Of a DNA stretch of 29,305 nt, positions 1 through 9,066 are shown piece after piece (position 1 is the stretch's first letter; every line of letters begins with the position of its first letter). Made by a program: the position numbers and the translations under genes. This DNA comes from an uncultured Eubacteriales bacterium (GTDB lineage: Bacteria; Bacillota; JAAYKD01). The notes below the pieces were generated by a model that ran no database searches, was not told where the DNA came from, and saw nothing but the letters and a program-made list of their open reading frames with translations. Where the stretch lies: NCBI GenBank assembly GCA_964484445.1, contig CAZAFY010000001.1:1-29305 (forward strand). Direction: 5' to 3'.

Positions 1-1361
1 ATCATGGTCAGTTCGTATAATTGTTGAATCGGGACCCCACGTCGCAAAGCGGTAAGCAAGTGGAACAAGCGCAAATCATCGCCATAGTGGATCCGTTCTA
101 AAAGGAAATCCGTCTCCAGTTTTTCACTTTCGGGTGCTCTGACCGCAGAATAACCTTGTTCCATGGAACGCACTGCTTTTTGCATTGCTTCCGGAAGATT
201 CCGGCCAATTGCCATGACTTCACCGGTGGATTTCATTTGAGTGTTCAATTGGCGGTTTGCAACTCTGAATTTATCAAACGGCCATCGGGGAACTTTGGCT
301 ACGATATAATCGATGACCGGCTCAAAACAAGCACTGGTGCGACCTGTGACCGGGTTGACAATCTCATCTAACGTGTATCCTAAAGCTATTAGGCTAGCGA
401 TACGGGCAATGGGGTAACCGGTCGCTTTAGAGGCTAAGGCAGACGAGCGACTAACCCGTGGATTGACTTCAATTACATAATATTGCTGACTTTGTGGGTC
501 CAAAGCAAACTGGACATTACAACCGCCTTCAATCCCTAAATGACGAATAATATTGAGTGCTGCTGTTCTCATCATCTGATAATCGCTGTCGTTCAAGGTT
601 TGGGTAGGTGCCACAACAATGGAATCACCGGTATGAATGCCCAAAGGATCCAAGTTTTCCATGGAGCAAATGGCAATGCAATTGTTATTGGCATCGCGCA
701 TAACTTCGAATTCGATTTCTTTCCAACCCTTTAAGGATCTTTCGATCAGGCATTGTTGAATCGGACTCATCTTCAAACCGATCGGTAGCAACTCACGTAA
801 TTCTGCTTCGTTATCACAGAAACCACCACCGGTACCACCCAATGTAAAGGCCGGACGAACCACAAGGGGATATCCAATCTCTTCTGCTAAAGGAATCGCC
901 GATTCTAGATCAGTAACTGTAAAGCTATTTAAAACCGGTTCGTTGATGCTTTCCATAGCATTTTTAAACAATTGACGGTCTTCACTGCGCTCAATGGAAT
1001 CTAAGGGTGTGCCTAACAGTTCTACATTGAATTTTTGCAGTATCCCTTTTTGCCCCAACGTCAGTGCCATATTCAATCCAATTTGGCCACCTAAGGTAGG
1101 TAAGATGCCATCGGGACGCTCTTTTTCGATGATTTTTGTTACGATTTCAGGGGTTATGGGTTCTAAGTATGTTTGATACGCCATTTCCTTATCGGTCATG
1201 ATCGTCGCCGGATTCGAGTTGACTAAGATGACTTGAACCCCTTCATCTTGCAACACGCGGCAAGCTTGGGTTCCGGCATAGTCGAATTCGGCTGCCTGAC
1301 CAATCACAATAGGACCGGAACCGATGACTAAAATCTTCTTCAGATACGATTTTTTTGGCAT
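1..1361 (-). CDS. carB: Carbamoyl-phosphate synthase large subunit, N-terminal part (truncated by left window edge; absent from ORF track)
   Basis: Manual translation from ATG at 1361 gives [34 protein letters not shown]...[10 protein letters not shown]...[24 protein letters not shown], hallmark CarB motifs; starts 2 nt after the carA stop. Confidence 0.97.
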   Translation of the reverse strand, partial: MPKKSYLKKILVIGSGPIVIGQAAEFDYAGTQACRVLQDEGVQVILVNSNPATIMTDKEMAYQTYLEPITPEIVTKIIEKERPDGILPTLGGQIGLNMALTLGQKGILQKFNVELLGTPLDSIERSEDRQLFKNAMESINEPVLNSFTVTDLESAIPLAEEIGYPLVVRPAFTLGGTGGGFCDNEAELRELLPIGLKMSPIQQCLIERSLKGWKEIEFEVMRDANNNCIAICSMENLDPLGIHTGDSIVVAPTQTLNDSDYQMMRTAALNIIRHLGIEGGCNVQFALDPQSQQYYVIEVNPRVSRSSALASKATGYPIARIASLIALGYTLDEIVNPVTGRTSACFEPVIDYIVAKVPRWPFDKFRVANRQLNTQMKSTGEVMAIGRNLPEAMQKAVRSMEQGYSAVRAPESEKLETDFLLERIHYGDDLRLFHLLTALRRGVPIQQLYELTM

Positions 1362-1363
1362 GC

Positions 1364-2434
1364 TTACACCTTACTTTCTTGGAAAAATCGAACAAAATCC
1401 CGGAAATAGTGCGCGGAATCTTGCGGACCGGGGGAACCTTCCGGATGATACTGCACGGAGAGTAAGGGTAGACGTTTATGACGCAACCCTTCTACCGTAT
1501 TGTCATTGATTTGCACATGGGTCACTTCTAATTCAGTTTGTGCCACACTTTCCCACTCCACGGCATAGCCATGATTCTGTGAGGTCATGCGCACTTGATT
1601 GCGTGCTAAATCTTTGACCGGATGATTACCGCCACGGTGACCAAAGGGCAACTTATAGGTCTTTGCCCCCATTGCTAAAGCTATGATCTGATGCCCCAAA
1701 CAAATACCGACCATCGGCACCTTTCCTGCCAGCTCTTGCACGGTTTTAACGGCATCTACACGCAGTTCGGGAGCTCCGGGGCCATTGGATAATAACAATC
1801 CCTCCGGCTTAACTGACAAAATCTCTTCCGCAGTGGCATTGGGTGGAAAAATACTGATCCTGCATCCTAACCCTTTGAGCATACGAATGATATTGTTCTT
1901 GGCACCAAAGTCGATGACAGCTACATGGGTTCCTTCTCCAGAAATTTCATGGGCAACTTTACAGGCAACCTCTACGACATAATCGGGTTGTGGCATATTG
2001 CTTAATACCTTTAAAGCTTCTTCTTTGGTATAGGAGTCCGGCACTATGATGCCGTTCATGACGCCACTGCTTCGTAAAACGCGCACCAAAGCCCGTGTAT
2101 CCAATTCGGAAATCGCAGTCACATGATGTTGGGTCAAAAAATCTTCCAACGTCCCTTCCGATAAATAATGATTGGGAGCAGCACAGAATTCTCTGACGAT
2201 CAAGCCTTTCGCCCAGACTTGCTCGGATTCTCCACTGCTTTCATTGACACCATAATTTCCCTGGATCGGATACGTCATCGTGATCATTTGTCCGGCATAG
2301 GAGGGATCAGTGATCGTTTCCCAATAACCGGTCATACCGGTCGTGAAAACAACTTCCCCCATCGCCGGCTGACAGGCTCCTGAAAGTTTGCCCGCAAATT
2401 CCATACCGTTGGCTAAGATCAATTTTCCGTTCAT
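1364..2434 (-). CDS. carA: Carbamoyl-phosphate synthase small (glutaminase) subunit
   Basis: [25 protein letters not shown] (catalytic Cys), SQNHGY, QYHPE. Start moved to ATG 2434, which overlaps the pyrC stop (TGATG). Confidence 0.97.
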   Translation of the reverse strand: MNGKLILANGMEFAGKLSGACQPAMGEVVFTTGMTGYWETITDPSYAGQMITMTYPIQGNYGVNESSGESEQVWAKGLIVREFCAAPNHYLSEGTLEDFLTQHHVTAISELDTRALVRVLRSSGVMNGIIVPDSYTKEEALKVLSNMPQPDYVVEVACKVAHEISGEGTHVAVIDFGAKNNIIRMLKGLGCRISIFPPNATAEEILSVKPEGLLLSNGPGAPELRVDAVKTVQELAGKVPMVGICLGHQIIALAMGAKTYKLPFGHRGGNHPVKDLARNQVRMTSQNHGYAVEWESVAQTELEVTHVQINDNTVEGLRHKRLPLLSVQYHPEGSPGPQDSAHYFRDFVRFFQESKV

Positions 2435-3729
2435 CAAATTCGCTCTTCCCTTCTGTATCGAACTTGTCCTTCGACCAAAGTGCAAATCGGCCACCCTTTT
2501 AACGACCAACCGGTATAGGGTGTATTTTTGCCCTTCGATCGAAACGTTTTCGGGTCGACAATACGCTCTTCCTCGAGATCCAAAATCGTGATATTCGCAA
2601 GCGCTCCCTTTGCTATGGTTCGAGTAGGGAGACCGTAAACCGAGGCGGGTCCTTGTGATAATGCTTGAATCGCTTCATTTAGTGAAAGCTCGCCACGGCT
2701 AACCAAACGATCTAAAACCAAAGCTACAGCCGTTTCTAAACCGGAAATCCCAAAAGCTGCATAATCAAATTCCATACGCTTGTCATCAAGGTGATGCGGT
2801 GCATGATCTGTAACGATTGCCGAAATGACTCCCTCACGCACCCCTTGAACTAACGCTTTACGATCTGTTTCTGAACGTAATGGCGGATTGATTTTGGTAT
2901 TGGTATCGTAATTACTTTGTTCTACGATCTCGTCAGTCAAGATCAAATGATGCACGGTCACTTCGCCGGTGGCTTGAATGCCCTCTTCTTGGGCTTGTTG
3001 CAGCAAGCGCACTGAATTCGCGGTTGAGAGGTGACAAAGGTGGATTTTTCCGCTGACCAATTTAGCAAGTTGCAGATCGCGATATGCCATAATCTCCTCC
3101 GCTGCCGAAGGGATCCCTTTTAGCCCTAAACGGGTCGAAACCGCACCGTGATGCATCACTCTGCCTTCGCTCAAATATGGGTCTTCTAAGTGACTGGCTA
3201 CGGGTAAGTTAAACATGGAACTGTATTCCAAAGCATTACGCATCACTTCGCCATTGATCACCGGCTTGCCATCATCGGAGACTCCAACTGCTCCGCAAGC
3301 TCGCAATTCCCCCATCTCCGTTAATTCCTCACCCTGTTCTCCTTTGGTAATGGATGCTAACGGATACACTTTCGCTGCTCCCACTTGCTCGGCGCGACGT
3401 TGGATAAATTCAACTAAACTGCGGTTATCACAGATTGGTTTGGTATTGGGCATGCAACAAACTGCAGTGAACCCTCCGGCAATCGCGGCTTTTGCACCGC
3501 TTTCAATATCTTCTTTATATTCCAGACCCGGTTCACGCAAATGAACATGGGCATCGATAAAACCCGGAGCAATGATCTTGCCACGGCAGTCGATCAACTC
3601 CGCCTCTTGATCCTCAATATTCAAAGCAACTTCAACAATGCGGTCATCCTCGATCAGAACATCGGAAACCCGATCCAGTTTCAAGGCAGGGTCTACTACC
3701 CTTCCGCCTTTTAAGAGTATTTTAGTCAT
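2434..3729 (-). CDS. pyrC: Dihydroorotase (type I)
   Basis: [39 protein letters not shown]. Start ATG 3729 with AGGAGGTG RBS, overlapping the pyrB stop. Confidence 0.96.
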   Translation of the reverse strand: MTKILLKGGRVVDPALKLDRVSDVLIEDDRIVEVALNIEDQEAELIDCRGKIIAPGFIDAHVHLREPGLEYKEDIESGAKAAIAGGFTAVCCMPNTKPICDNRSLVEFIQRRAEQVGAAKVYPLASITKGEQGEELTEMGELRACGAVGVSDDGKPVINGEVMRNALEYSSMFNLPVASHLEDPYLSEGRVMHHGAVSTRLGLKGIPSAAEEIMAYRDLQLAKLVSGKIHLCHLSTANSVRLLQQAQEEGIQATGEVTVHHLILTDEIVEQSNYDTNTKINPPLRSETDRKALVQGVREGVISAIVTDHAPHHLDDKRMEFDYAAFGISGLETAVALVLDRLVSRGELSLNEAIQALSQGPASVYGLPTRTIAKGALANITILDLEEERIVDPKTFRSKGKNTPYTGWSLKGWPICTLVEGQVRYRREERI

Positions 3730-4651
3730 GGTTCTCACCTCCTGCCAAGAGAAATAGGAGTGCCATACGAATGGCGACACCATTGGTAACCTGTTCTTCG
3801 ATGGTCGATTGAGTCGAGTCTGCTACCGAAGTAGAAATTTCAACACCCCGATTCATCGGCCCCGGATGCATCACCAGTGCGTTTGGTTTGGCACGTTGTA
3901 AACGTTGTGAATCCAGTCCCCAAAAACTGTGATACTCGCGCACACTGGGAAATAAGCCTTTCTTTTGCCGTTCTAACTGCAAGCGCAAGACATTGATCAC
4001 ATCGGCATTCTCTAAAGCAGCATCGGTGTCATACGTAACATTCACACCCCAGGACTTTGCCTCAATGGGCATTAGTGTTTTGGGGCCGCACAAGGTCACT
4101 TCTGCACCGAATTTTTTCATAGCGTAAATATTTGAACGTGCAACGCGACTGTGGGCAACATCCCCTAAAATCACACATTTTTTACCTTCTAAAGAACCTA
4201 ATTTATCGAGCATGGTATAAAGATCCAGTAACCCTTGGGTGGGATGCTCATGCATACCGTCGCCGGCATTAATGACGCTGCAGGTTAAATGCTGAGCAAT
4301 AAAATGGGGAGCGCCTGAAGCACCATGGCGCATAACCAAGATGTCGGTGCCCAGTTGCTGGATGGTTCGTGCGGTATCACGCAAGGTTTCCCCTTTGACC
4401 ACACTGGAGGTGCTGGTAGTAACATTGATGACATCGGCACCCAAATATTTCCCCGCCAATTCAAAGGAGCTGCGGGTACGGGTCGAAGGTTCATAAAAGA
4501 GATTGACGACTACTTTCCCTCGTAATTGATTGGTTTTTTTGATCGGTTGCTCAATAATCCGCTTCATTTTTTTCGCTTCATCTAAAATCAAAGAAATTTG
4601 TTCGCGACTCATCTGTTCCAAACCCAGAACATCCTTACCGATTACGCTCAT
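3722..4651 (-). CDS. pyrB: Aspartate carbamoyltransferase catalytic subunit
   Basis: [43 protein letters not shown]. Start ATG 4651 preferred (AAAGGA upstream). Confidence 0.97.
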   Translation of the reverse strand: MSVIGKDVLGLEQMSREQISLILDEAKKMKRIIEQPIKKTNQLRGKVVVNLFYEPSTRTRSSFELAGKYLGADVINVTTSTSSVVKGETLRDTARTIQQLGTDILVMRHGASGAPHFIAQHLTCSVINAGDGMHEHPTQGLLDLYTMLDKLGSLEGKKCVILGDVAHSRVARSNIYAMKKFGAEVTLCGPKTLMPIEAKSWGVNVTYDTDAALENADVINVLRLQLERQKKGLFPSVREYHSFWGLDSQRLQRAKPNALVMHPGPMNRGVEISTSVADSTQSTIEEQVTNGVAIRMALLFLLAGGENHD

Positions 4652-4702
4652 TGTACCATCATCCTTTCTGCGATACATCTATGGAGTTTAAAAAAGTGCA
4701 AC

Positions 4703-4739
4703 AAAAAACGCCTATCCCTTGGTAAAAAAGGATAGACGC
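4703..4739 (-). terminator. Attenuator terminator in pyr leader
   Basis: Minus strand CGTCTATCCTT-TTTTACC-AAGGGATAGGCG followed by TTTTTT, between the promoter and pyrB. Confidence 0.8.
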
Positions 4740-4767
4740 ATCGTATAAACATCATGTTTCCCCCTCA

Positions 4768-4800
4768 CCTTGCTCGTCTCACAGGACTGAACTTAAAGGA
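4768..4800 (-). promoter_or_regulatory. PyrR-binding RNA loop (anti-antiterminator)
   Basis: Minus strand CCTTTAAGTTCAGTCCTGTGAGACGAGCAAGG resembles the PyrR loop consensus ARUCCNGNGAGGYU with the upstream CUUUAA element; lies upstream of the terminator. No pyrR gene in the window. Confidence 0.85.
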
Positions 4801-4820
4801 TTTAGCTGGATACTCCTTGT

Positions 4821-4849
4821 AGTATAAAGGACTGAATTGTCCTTGTCAA
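4821..4849 (-). promoter_or_regulatory. Sigma-A promoter of the pyr operon
   Basis: TTGACA-17 nt-TATACT on the minus strand. Confidence 0.85.
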
Positions 4850-4893
4850 GCATAAATTTCGAGTAGAAACCTAAGGGAATAATGGATTCACGC

Positions 4894-4922
4894 TTGACAA
4901 AAATTTGTGCTTCCCTTACAAT
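4894..4922 (+). promoter_or_regulatory. Sigma-A promoter of rubrerythrin
   Basis: TTGACA-17 nt-TACAAT. Confidence 0.8.
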
Positions 4923-4928
4923 AATTAG

Positions 4929-4943
4929 TGATAACTATTCTCA
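4929..4943. promoter_or_regulatory. Fur/PerR-family operator candidate
   Basis: TGATAACTATTCTCA matches 12 of 14 defined positions of TGATAATnATTATCA, just downstream of the -10 of a peroxide-defence gene. Confidence 0.6.
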
Positions 4944-4962
4944 AAAACAAGGAGGAACGACA

Positions 4963-5502
4963 ATGGAATTGAAAGGTTCAAAGACCGAACAAAATTTACA
5001 AACTGCGTTTGCAGGCGAATCCATGGCGACCAACAAGTATTCCTACTATGCTTCTCAAGCCAAAAAAGATGGCTTCGTCCAAATCTCCGAAATCTTTGCC
5101 GAAACATCCGGCAACGAACGCGAACATGCCAAACTGTGGTTCAAATTACTACATAATGGTGGCGTTCCCGATACTCTAACCAACTTAAAAGATGCTGCCG
5201 CCGGCGAAAATTATGAATGGACCGATATGTACGCCGGTTTTGCAAAGACCGCCAAAGAAGAAGGCTTTGCAAAAATTGCTTACTTGTTTGAAGGCGTTGC
5301 CAATATTGAAAAGCACCACGAAGAACGCTATTTAAAATTAGCAAAGAATATTGAAGATGCAAGCGTCTTCAAAAAGAATGAAGTCGTAGCTTGGCATTGC
5401 ATCAACTGTGGCCACATTGTCAAAGCAGTCAATGCACCTGCATTATGTCCGGTATGTGATCATCCTCAGGCTTTCTTCAAAGTTCACTCTGCCAATTACT
5501 AA
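4963..5502 (+). CDS. rbr: Rubrerythrin
   Basis: [12 protein letters not shown]...AFAGES, di-iron E/ExxH motifs ([14 protein letters not shown]), C-terminal rubredoxin CINC...CPVC. Start ATG 4963 with GGAGG RBS. Confidence 0.95.
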   Translation: MELKGSKTEQNLQTAFAGESMATNKYSYYASQAKKDGFVQISEIFAETSGNEREHAKLWFKLLHNGGVPDTLTNLKDAAAGENYEWTDMYAGFAKTAKEEGFAKIAYLFEGVANIEKHHEERYLKLAKNIEDASVFKKNEVVAWHCINCGHIVKAVNAPALCPVCDHPQAFFKVHSANY

Positions 5503-5519
5503 AATCGTTTCGTTTGATC

Positions 5520-5549
5520 GCCACCCATTGATTTCAATGGGTGGCTTTT
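5520..5549 (+). terminator. Rho-independent terminator
   Basis: GCCACCCATTG-ATTT-CAATGGGTGGC-TTTT. Confidence 0.85.
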
Positions 5550-5551
5550 AC

Positions 5552-5580
5552 TTGCCTTTTTCGCACTTCCCCGTTATACT
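5552..5580 (+). promoter_or_regulatory. Sigma-A promoter candidate
   Basis: TTGCCT-17 nt-TATACT, 32 nt before the ATG at 5613. Confidence 0.6.
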
Positions 5581-5612
5581 GAAGAAGCTACTCTCACGAA
5601 AGGAGGTAACGC

Positions 5613-6287
5613 ATGAAGTCTAAAATTCTGCGGGTCATATTGGCAACACCGCTTCTGGCAGCGGTTCTGATCTTTTCAATCAATCTGCTCGTGACCTCGA
5701 GCGGTAAAAATACTATTGTAACTCAAGAAGAACTCCTCGGTACCCAAGCAGACTGCATTTTGATTTTCGGTGCCGGAGTGCTCTCCAACGGAACCCCTTC
5801 TCCAATGCTGCGAGATCGATTGCTTACCGGAATCGCCTGTTACCATGCCGGCTTAGCCCCGAAAATTGTGGTCAGCGGTGACCATGGGGAGGATTTCTAC
5901 GACGAAGTCAATATCATGAAAAATTTTTGCATCCAGCATGGAGTTCCCTCGGAAGATATCTTCATGGATCATGCCGGTTTTTCAACCTATGAAAGTGTTT
6001 ATCGAATTCGCGATATTTTCCAGGCTCAACAAGTCATTCTGGTAACACAAAAATATCATTTGTATCGAGCTCTCTATGTTGCCAACCGTTTCGGATTGGA
6101 TGCTTACGGTGTATCGGCTGATTTACAAGAATATGCCGGACAATCGTATTACGATAGCAGAGAATTGGTAGCACGAATCAAAGACTTTGCTTATACCATA
6201 GTCTTCCCAAAACCCACCTTTTTGGGGGAACCCATATCTCTCCTTGGAAATGGTGATATCACCAATGACAAAGCCCCGAACCACTAA
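5613..6287 (+). CDS. SanA/YdcF-like (DUF218) membrane-anchored protein
   Basis: N-terminal TM helix; GAGV...PSPMLRDRL, SGDH...YDEV, DHAGFSTYES, TQKYHLYRA, RE motifs. Confidence 0.85.
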   Translation: MKSKILRVILATPLLAAVLIFSINLLVTSSGKNTIVTQEELLGTQADCILIFGAGVLSNGTPSPMLRDRLLTGIACYHAGLAPKIVVSGDHGEDFYDEVNIMKNFCIQHGVPSEDIFMDHAGFSTYESVYRIRDIFQAQQVILVTQKYHLYRALYVANRFGLDAYGVSADLQEYAGQSYYDSRELVARIKDFAYTIVFPKPTFLGEPISLLGNGDITNDKAPNH

Positions 6288-6319
6288 CGGAAAACAACGC
6301 TTTCCGTAGTGGTTTTTTT
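6279..6319 (+). terminator. Rho-independent terminator overlapping the stop codon
   Basis: AACCACT-A-ACGGAAA-loop-TTTCCGT-AGTGGTT followed by a T run. Confidence 0.75.
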
Positions 6320-6431
6320 GTTGCCTTGAAACATTTTGTGACTTTTCGTCATTATTCCAATTTGGTCATTTCGACAATTGGACTTATGCCGCTTATGATC
6401 AGGAAATACACAGGGAGAATTGGACTACTAA

Positions 6432-6449
6432 TTGTGAAACATTGCACGA
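6432..6449. promoter_or_regulatory. Rex operator candidate 1
   Basis: TTGTGAAACATTGCACGA, 12/14 match to TTGTGAAnnnnTTCACAA. Confidence 0.65.
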
Positions 6450-6461
6450 TATGAGATAATC

Positions 6462-6479
6462 ATGTGATATATTTCACCA
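6462..6479. promoter_or_regulatory. Rex operator candidate 2
   Basis: ATGTGATATATTTCACCA, 11/14 match. Confidence 0.55.
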
Positions 6480-6553
6480 TCGGGTTAATTATATTATCTG
6501 CTTAATGAAATTTCAAAATTACCAGTAAAATAGTACTGATTTAAAGCTCATAT

Positions 6554-6581
6554 TTGACAAATTAAACCTATGTGTTATACT
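6554..6581 (+). promoter_or_regulatory. Sigma-A promoter of the hydrogenase operon
   Basis: TTGACA-16 nt-TATACT with extended -10 TGn. Confidence 0.75.
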
Positions 6582-6595
6582 TCCGTCAGAATGAT

Positions 6596-6613
6596 TGGTG
6601 AAAAAAAGCACAA
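6596..6613. promoter_or_regulatory. Rex operator candidate 3 (downstream of the -10)
   Basis: TGGTGAAAAAAAGCACAA, 11/14 match, followed by a further TTCACAA half-site. Confidence 0.5.
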
Positions 6614-6642
6614 TTTTGATTCACAAAAGGAGGATATTTTCA

Positions 6643-7125
6643 ATGGCTTGTTCTAGCCTTCAGTCCAAATTTCAAGAATTGGATCATTATATTGACAACT
6701 TATCCATTTCCGATAAAGGCTCTGCCTTGATTCCGGTTCTTCACAAAGCACAAACGATTTTCGGTTATCTCCCCCAAGATGTCCAGGCTCATATTGCGGA
6801 ACGTTTAGACGTTTCTACTGCAAAAGTCTATGGTGTGGTCAGCTTTTATACCTTCTTTACCATGGAACCCCGCGGGAAATTCAACATCAGCGTCTGCTTG
6901 GGAACTGCTTGCTTTGTTGGTGGAGCCGATGCCGTGCTGAAAGAATTTGAAAAAGTTCTTCAGATCAAAAGTGGTGAAACCACACCGGATTTCAAATTTT
7001 CCATCATCCCGGTTCGCTGCGTAGGCGCTTGCAGCTTAGCTCCGATCGTTATGATCAACGACAAAGTGTATCCCAGGGTGAAGGTCAGCGAAGTAGCTCA
7101 TATTCTTGCAGAGTATGAAGAGTAG
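6643..7125 (+). CDS. hydC: NAD-linked [FeFe]-hydrogenase gamma subunit (NuoE-like, 2Fe-2S)
   Basis: LIPVLHKAQ..FGYLP, VYGVVSFY, CLGTAC...CVGAC. Start ATG 6643 after AGGAGG. Confidence 0.92.
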   Translation: MACSSLQSKFQELDHYIDNLSISDKGSALIPVLHKAQTIFGYLPQDVQAHIAERLDVSTAKVYGVVSFYTFFTMEPRGKFNISVCLGTACFVGGADAVLKEFEKVLQIKSGETTPDFKFSIIPVRCVGACSLAPIVMINDKVYPRVKVSEVAHILAEYEE

Positions 7126-7136
7126 GAGGAAGTAGC

Positions 7137-9053
7137 ATGGAACGAATATTAACTTTTGATCAATTAAAACAATTCTATGAGTCCGTTAGATACCAAACCA
7201 ATATGCGCTTACATCCTCTGAATCAAGCACCTGATTTTGTGCAATTACCGGAAGCGTATCGTAAAGAAACTAAAATGCGTCATGTTATGGTCTGTGCCGA
7301 TACCGGCTGTGCTGCTTCACATTCCGTTGGCATAGCCGATAAACTCGAGCAAGCAATTGCACGCTACGGCTTACAAGATCAAGTGATTGTGGTAAAAACC
7401 GGTTGTTTTGGTTTGTGTTCCCAAGGCCCGATCGCGGTCATTCATCCTGAACGGATCATGTACACACAACTTAAAGCCGAACATGTCGAAGAAATCGTGC
7501 GTGATCATTTGCGCGACGGTCATTACGTTGAACACCTCTTATTGGGTGCCCGCGAGGGTGCTCCGACTACACAATACGATAACGTTGATTTTTTCAGAAA
7601 CCAAGTCCGCATTGCCACCCGAAACTGCGGTGTAATCAATCCCGCTAGTCTGGAAGAATATATTTCACAAAAAGGCTACTTAGCCTTAGGAAAATGCATT
7701 CACGAAATGACACCCGACCAAGTCGTGGAAACCGTGAAACAATCCGGTTTGCGCGGTCGAGGCGGGGCAGGATTTCCCACCGGTCTAAAATGGGGCTTTA
7801 CTGCCATTGAAAAAGAAGATCAAAAGTATGTCTGCTGTAACGCCGACGAAGGCGACCCCGGTGCATTTATGGATCGTTCTGTCCTTGAAGGGGATCCCCA
7901 TTCTGTATTAGAAGCCATGGCTATTGCTGGTTATGCAATTGGTGCAAACATGGGTTTCATCTATATTCGTGCGGAATACCCCAGTGCAATCCGTCGCCTG
8001 CTCTCCTCTATTGAACAAGCCAAAGCAGCCGGCTTATTGGGAGCCAATATCATGGGAAGTACCTTCTCTTTTGATATTGAACTCCGATTAGGTGCCGGAG
8101 CCTTTGTTTGCGGTGAGGAAACCGCACTAATCGCTTCTGTGGAAGGAAATCGAGGCGAGCCTCGCAATAAACCACCTTACCCTGCTTCCAAAGGAATCTA
8201 CGGCAAACCCACTGTCATCAATAATGTTGAAACCTTAGCAAATATTTGCCCGATCATCCTTAACGGACCCGAATGGTTCCGTTCAATTGGCACCGAAAGA
8301 AGTCCCGGTACCAAGGTTTTTGCCCTGGCCGGAAAAGTAAACAACGTTGGGCTCATTGAGGTTCCCATGGGTACTACCCTACGGGAAATTATATATGAGA
8401 TCGGCGGGGGTATCGTTGACAACAAACAACTTAAGGCAGTGCAAACAGGCGGTCCCTCCGGTGGTTGCATTCCAGCTCGCTACCTCGATACCCCAATCGA
8501 TTACGAATCCCTCCAGGTCATAGGTACCATGATGGGTTCCGGTGGTATGATCGTTTTAGATGAAACCGCTTGTATGGTCAATATTGCCAAGTTTTACTTG
8601 GAGTTCACAGTAGAAGAATCCTGTGGCAAATGCACTCCCTGTCGCTATGGCAACCACTATCTCCTCGATATCATGAACAAAATCACCAGCGGTAAAGGGG
8701 AACGTGAGGATTTAGATCGCCTTTTCAATTTGGGCGAAACCATTAAGCAAGCTTCTCTTTGTGGCTTAGGACAATCTTCACCGAATCCGGTTTTAAGTAC
8801 AATGCGTTATTTCCGCGATGAGTACTTAGCCCATATCGACGAAAAACGTTGTCCTGCCGGTGTTTGCAGCGATTTACTTCAATACCATATCGTGCCGGAG
8901 CTCTGTATCGGTTGTACGATTTGTGCTAAGAACTGCCCTGTGCAATGCATCAGCGGAAGCCTTCGCGAACCTCATGTGATCAATCAAGAAGCTTGCATCA
9001 AATGCGGCGTCTGCTTTACCAAATGCCCTAAGAAGGCAATCATCAGAAAGTAG
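7137..9053 (+). CDS. hydB: NAD-linked [FeFe]-hydrogenase beta subunit (NuoF-like, FMN/NADH)
   Basis: N-terminal thioredoxin-like 2Fe-2S (CADTGC, GCFGLC), GLRGRGGAGFPTG, NADEGDPGAFMDR, GAGAFVCGEET, ESCGKCTPCR, C-terminal 2x[4Fe-4S]. Confidence 0.94.
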   Translation: MERILTFDQLKQFYESVRYQTNMRLHPLNQAPDFVQLPEAYRKETKMRHVMVCADTGCAASHSVGIADKLEQAIARYGLQDQVIVVKTGCFGLCSQGPIAVIHPERIMYTQLKAEHVEEIVRDHLRDGHYVEHLLLGAREGAPTTQYDNVDFFRNQVRIATRNCGVINPASLEEYISQKGYLALGKCIHEMTPDQVVETVKQSGLRGRGGAGFPTGLKWGFTAIEKEDQKYVCCNADEGDPGAFMDRSVLEGDPHSVLEAMAIAGYAIGANMGFIYIRAEYPSAIRRLLSSIEQAKAAGLLGANIMGSTFSFDIELRLGAGAFVCGEETALIASVEGNRGEPRNKPPYPASKGIYGKPTVINNVETLANICPIILNGPEWFRSIGTERSPGTKVFALAGKVNNVGLIEVPMGTTLREIIYEIGGGIVDNKQLKAVQTGGPSGGCIPARYLDTPIDYESLQVIGTMMGSGGMIVLDETACMVNIAKFYLEFTVEESCGKCTPCRYGNHYLLDIMNKITSGKGEREDLDRLFNLGETIKQASLCGLGQSSPNPVLSTMRYFRDEYLAHIDEKRCPAGVCSDLLQYHIVPELCIGCTICAKNCPVQCISGSLREPHVINQEACIKCGVCFTKCPKKAIIRK

Positions 9054-9066
9054 GAGGTTTCACCCT

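Noticed and set aside
156-1509. Short + strand ORFs (156, 540, 994, 1324)
   Set aside because: Antisense shadows of carB/carA. The same applies to the other 60-146 aa ORFs nested in or antisense to the assigned genes across the window.
4882-4962. N-terminal extensions in the ORF track (also 6595-6642, 12431-12619, 22920-22997, 17400-17459)
   Set aside because: They mostly run through promoter or operator sequence; downstream ATGs match family N-termini and usually have better RBSs.
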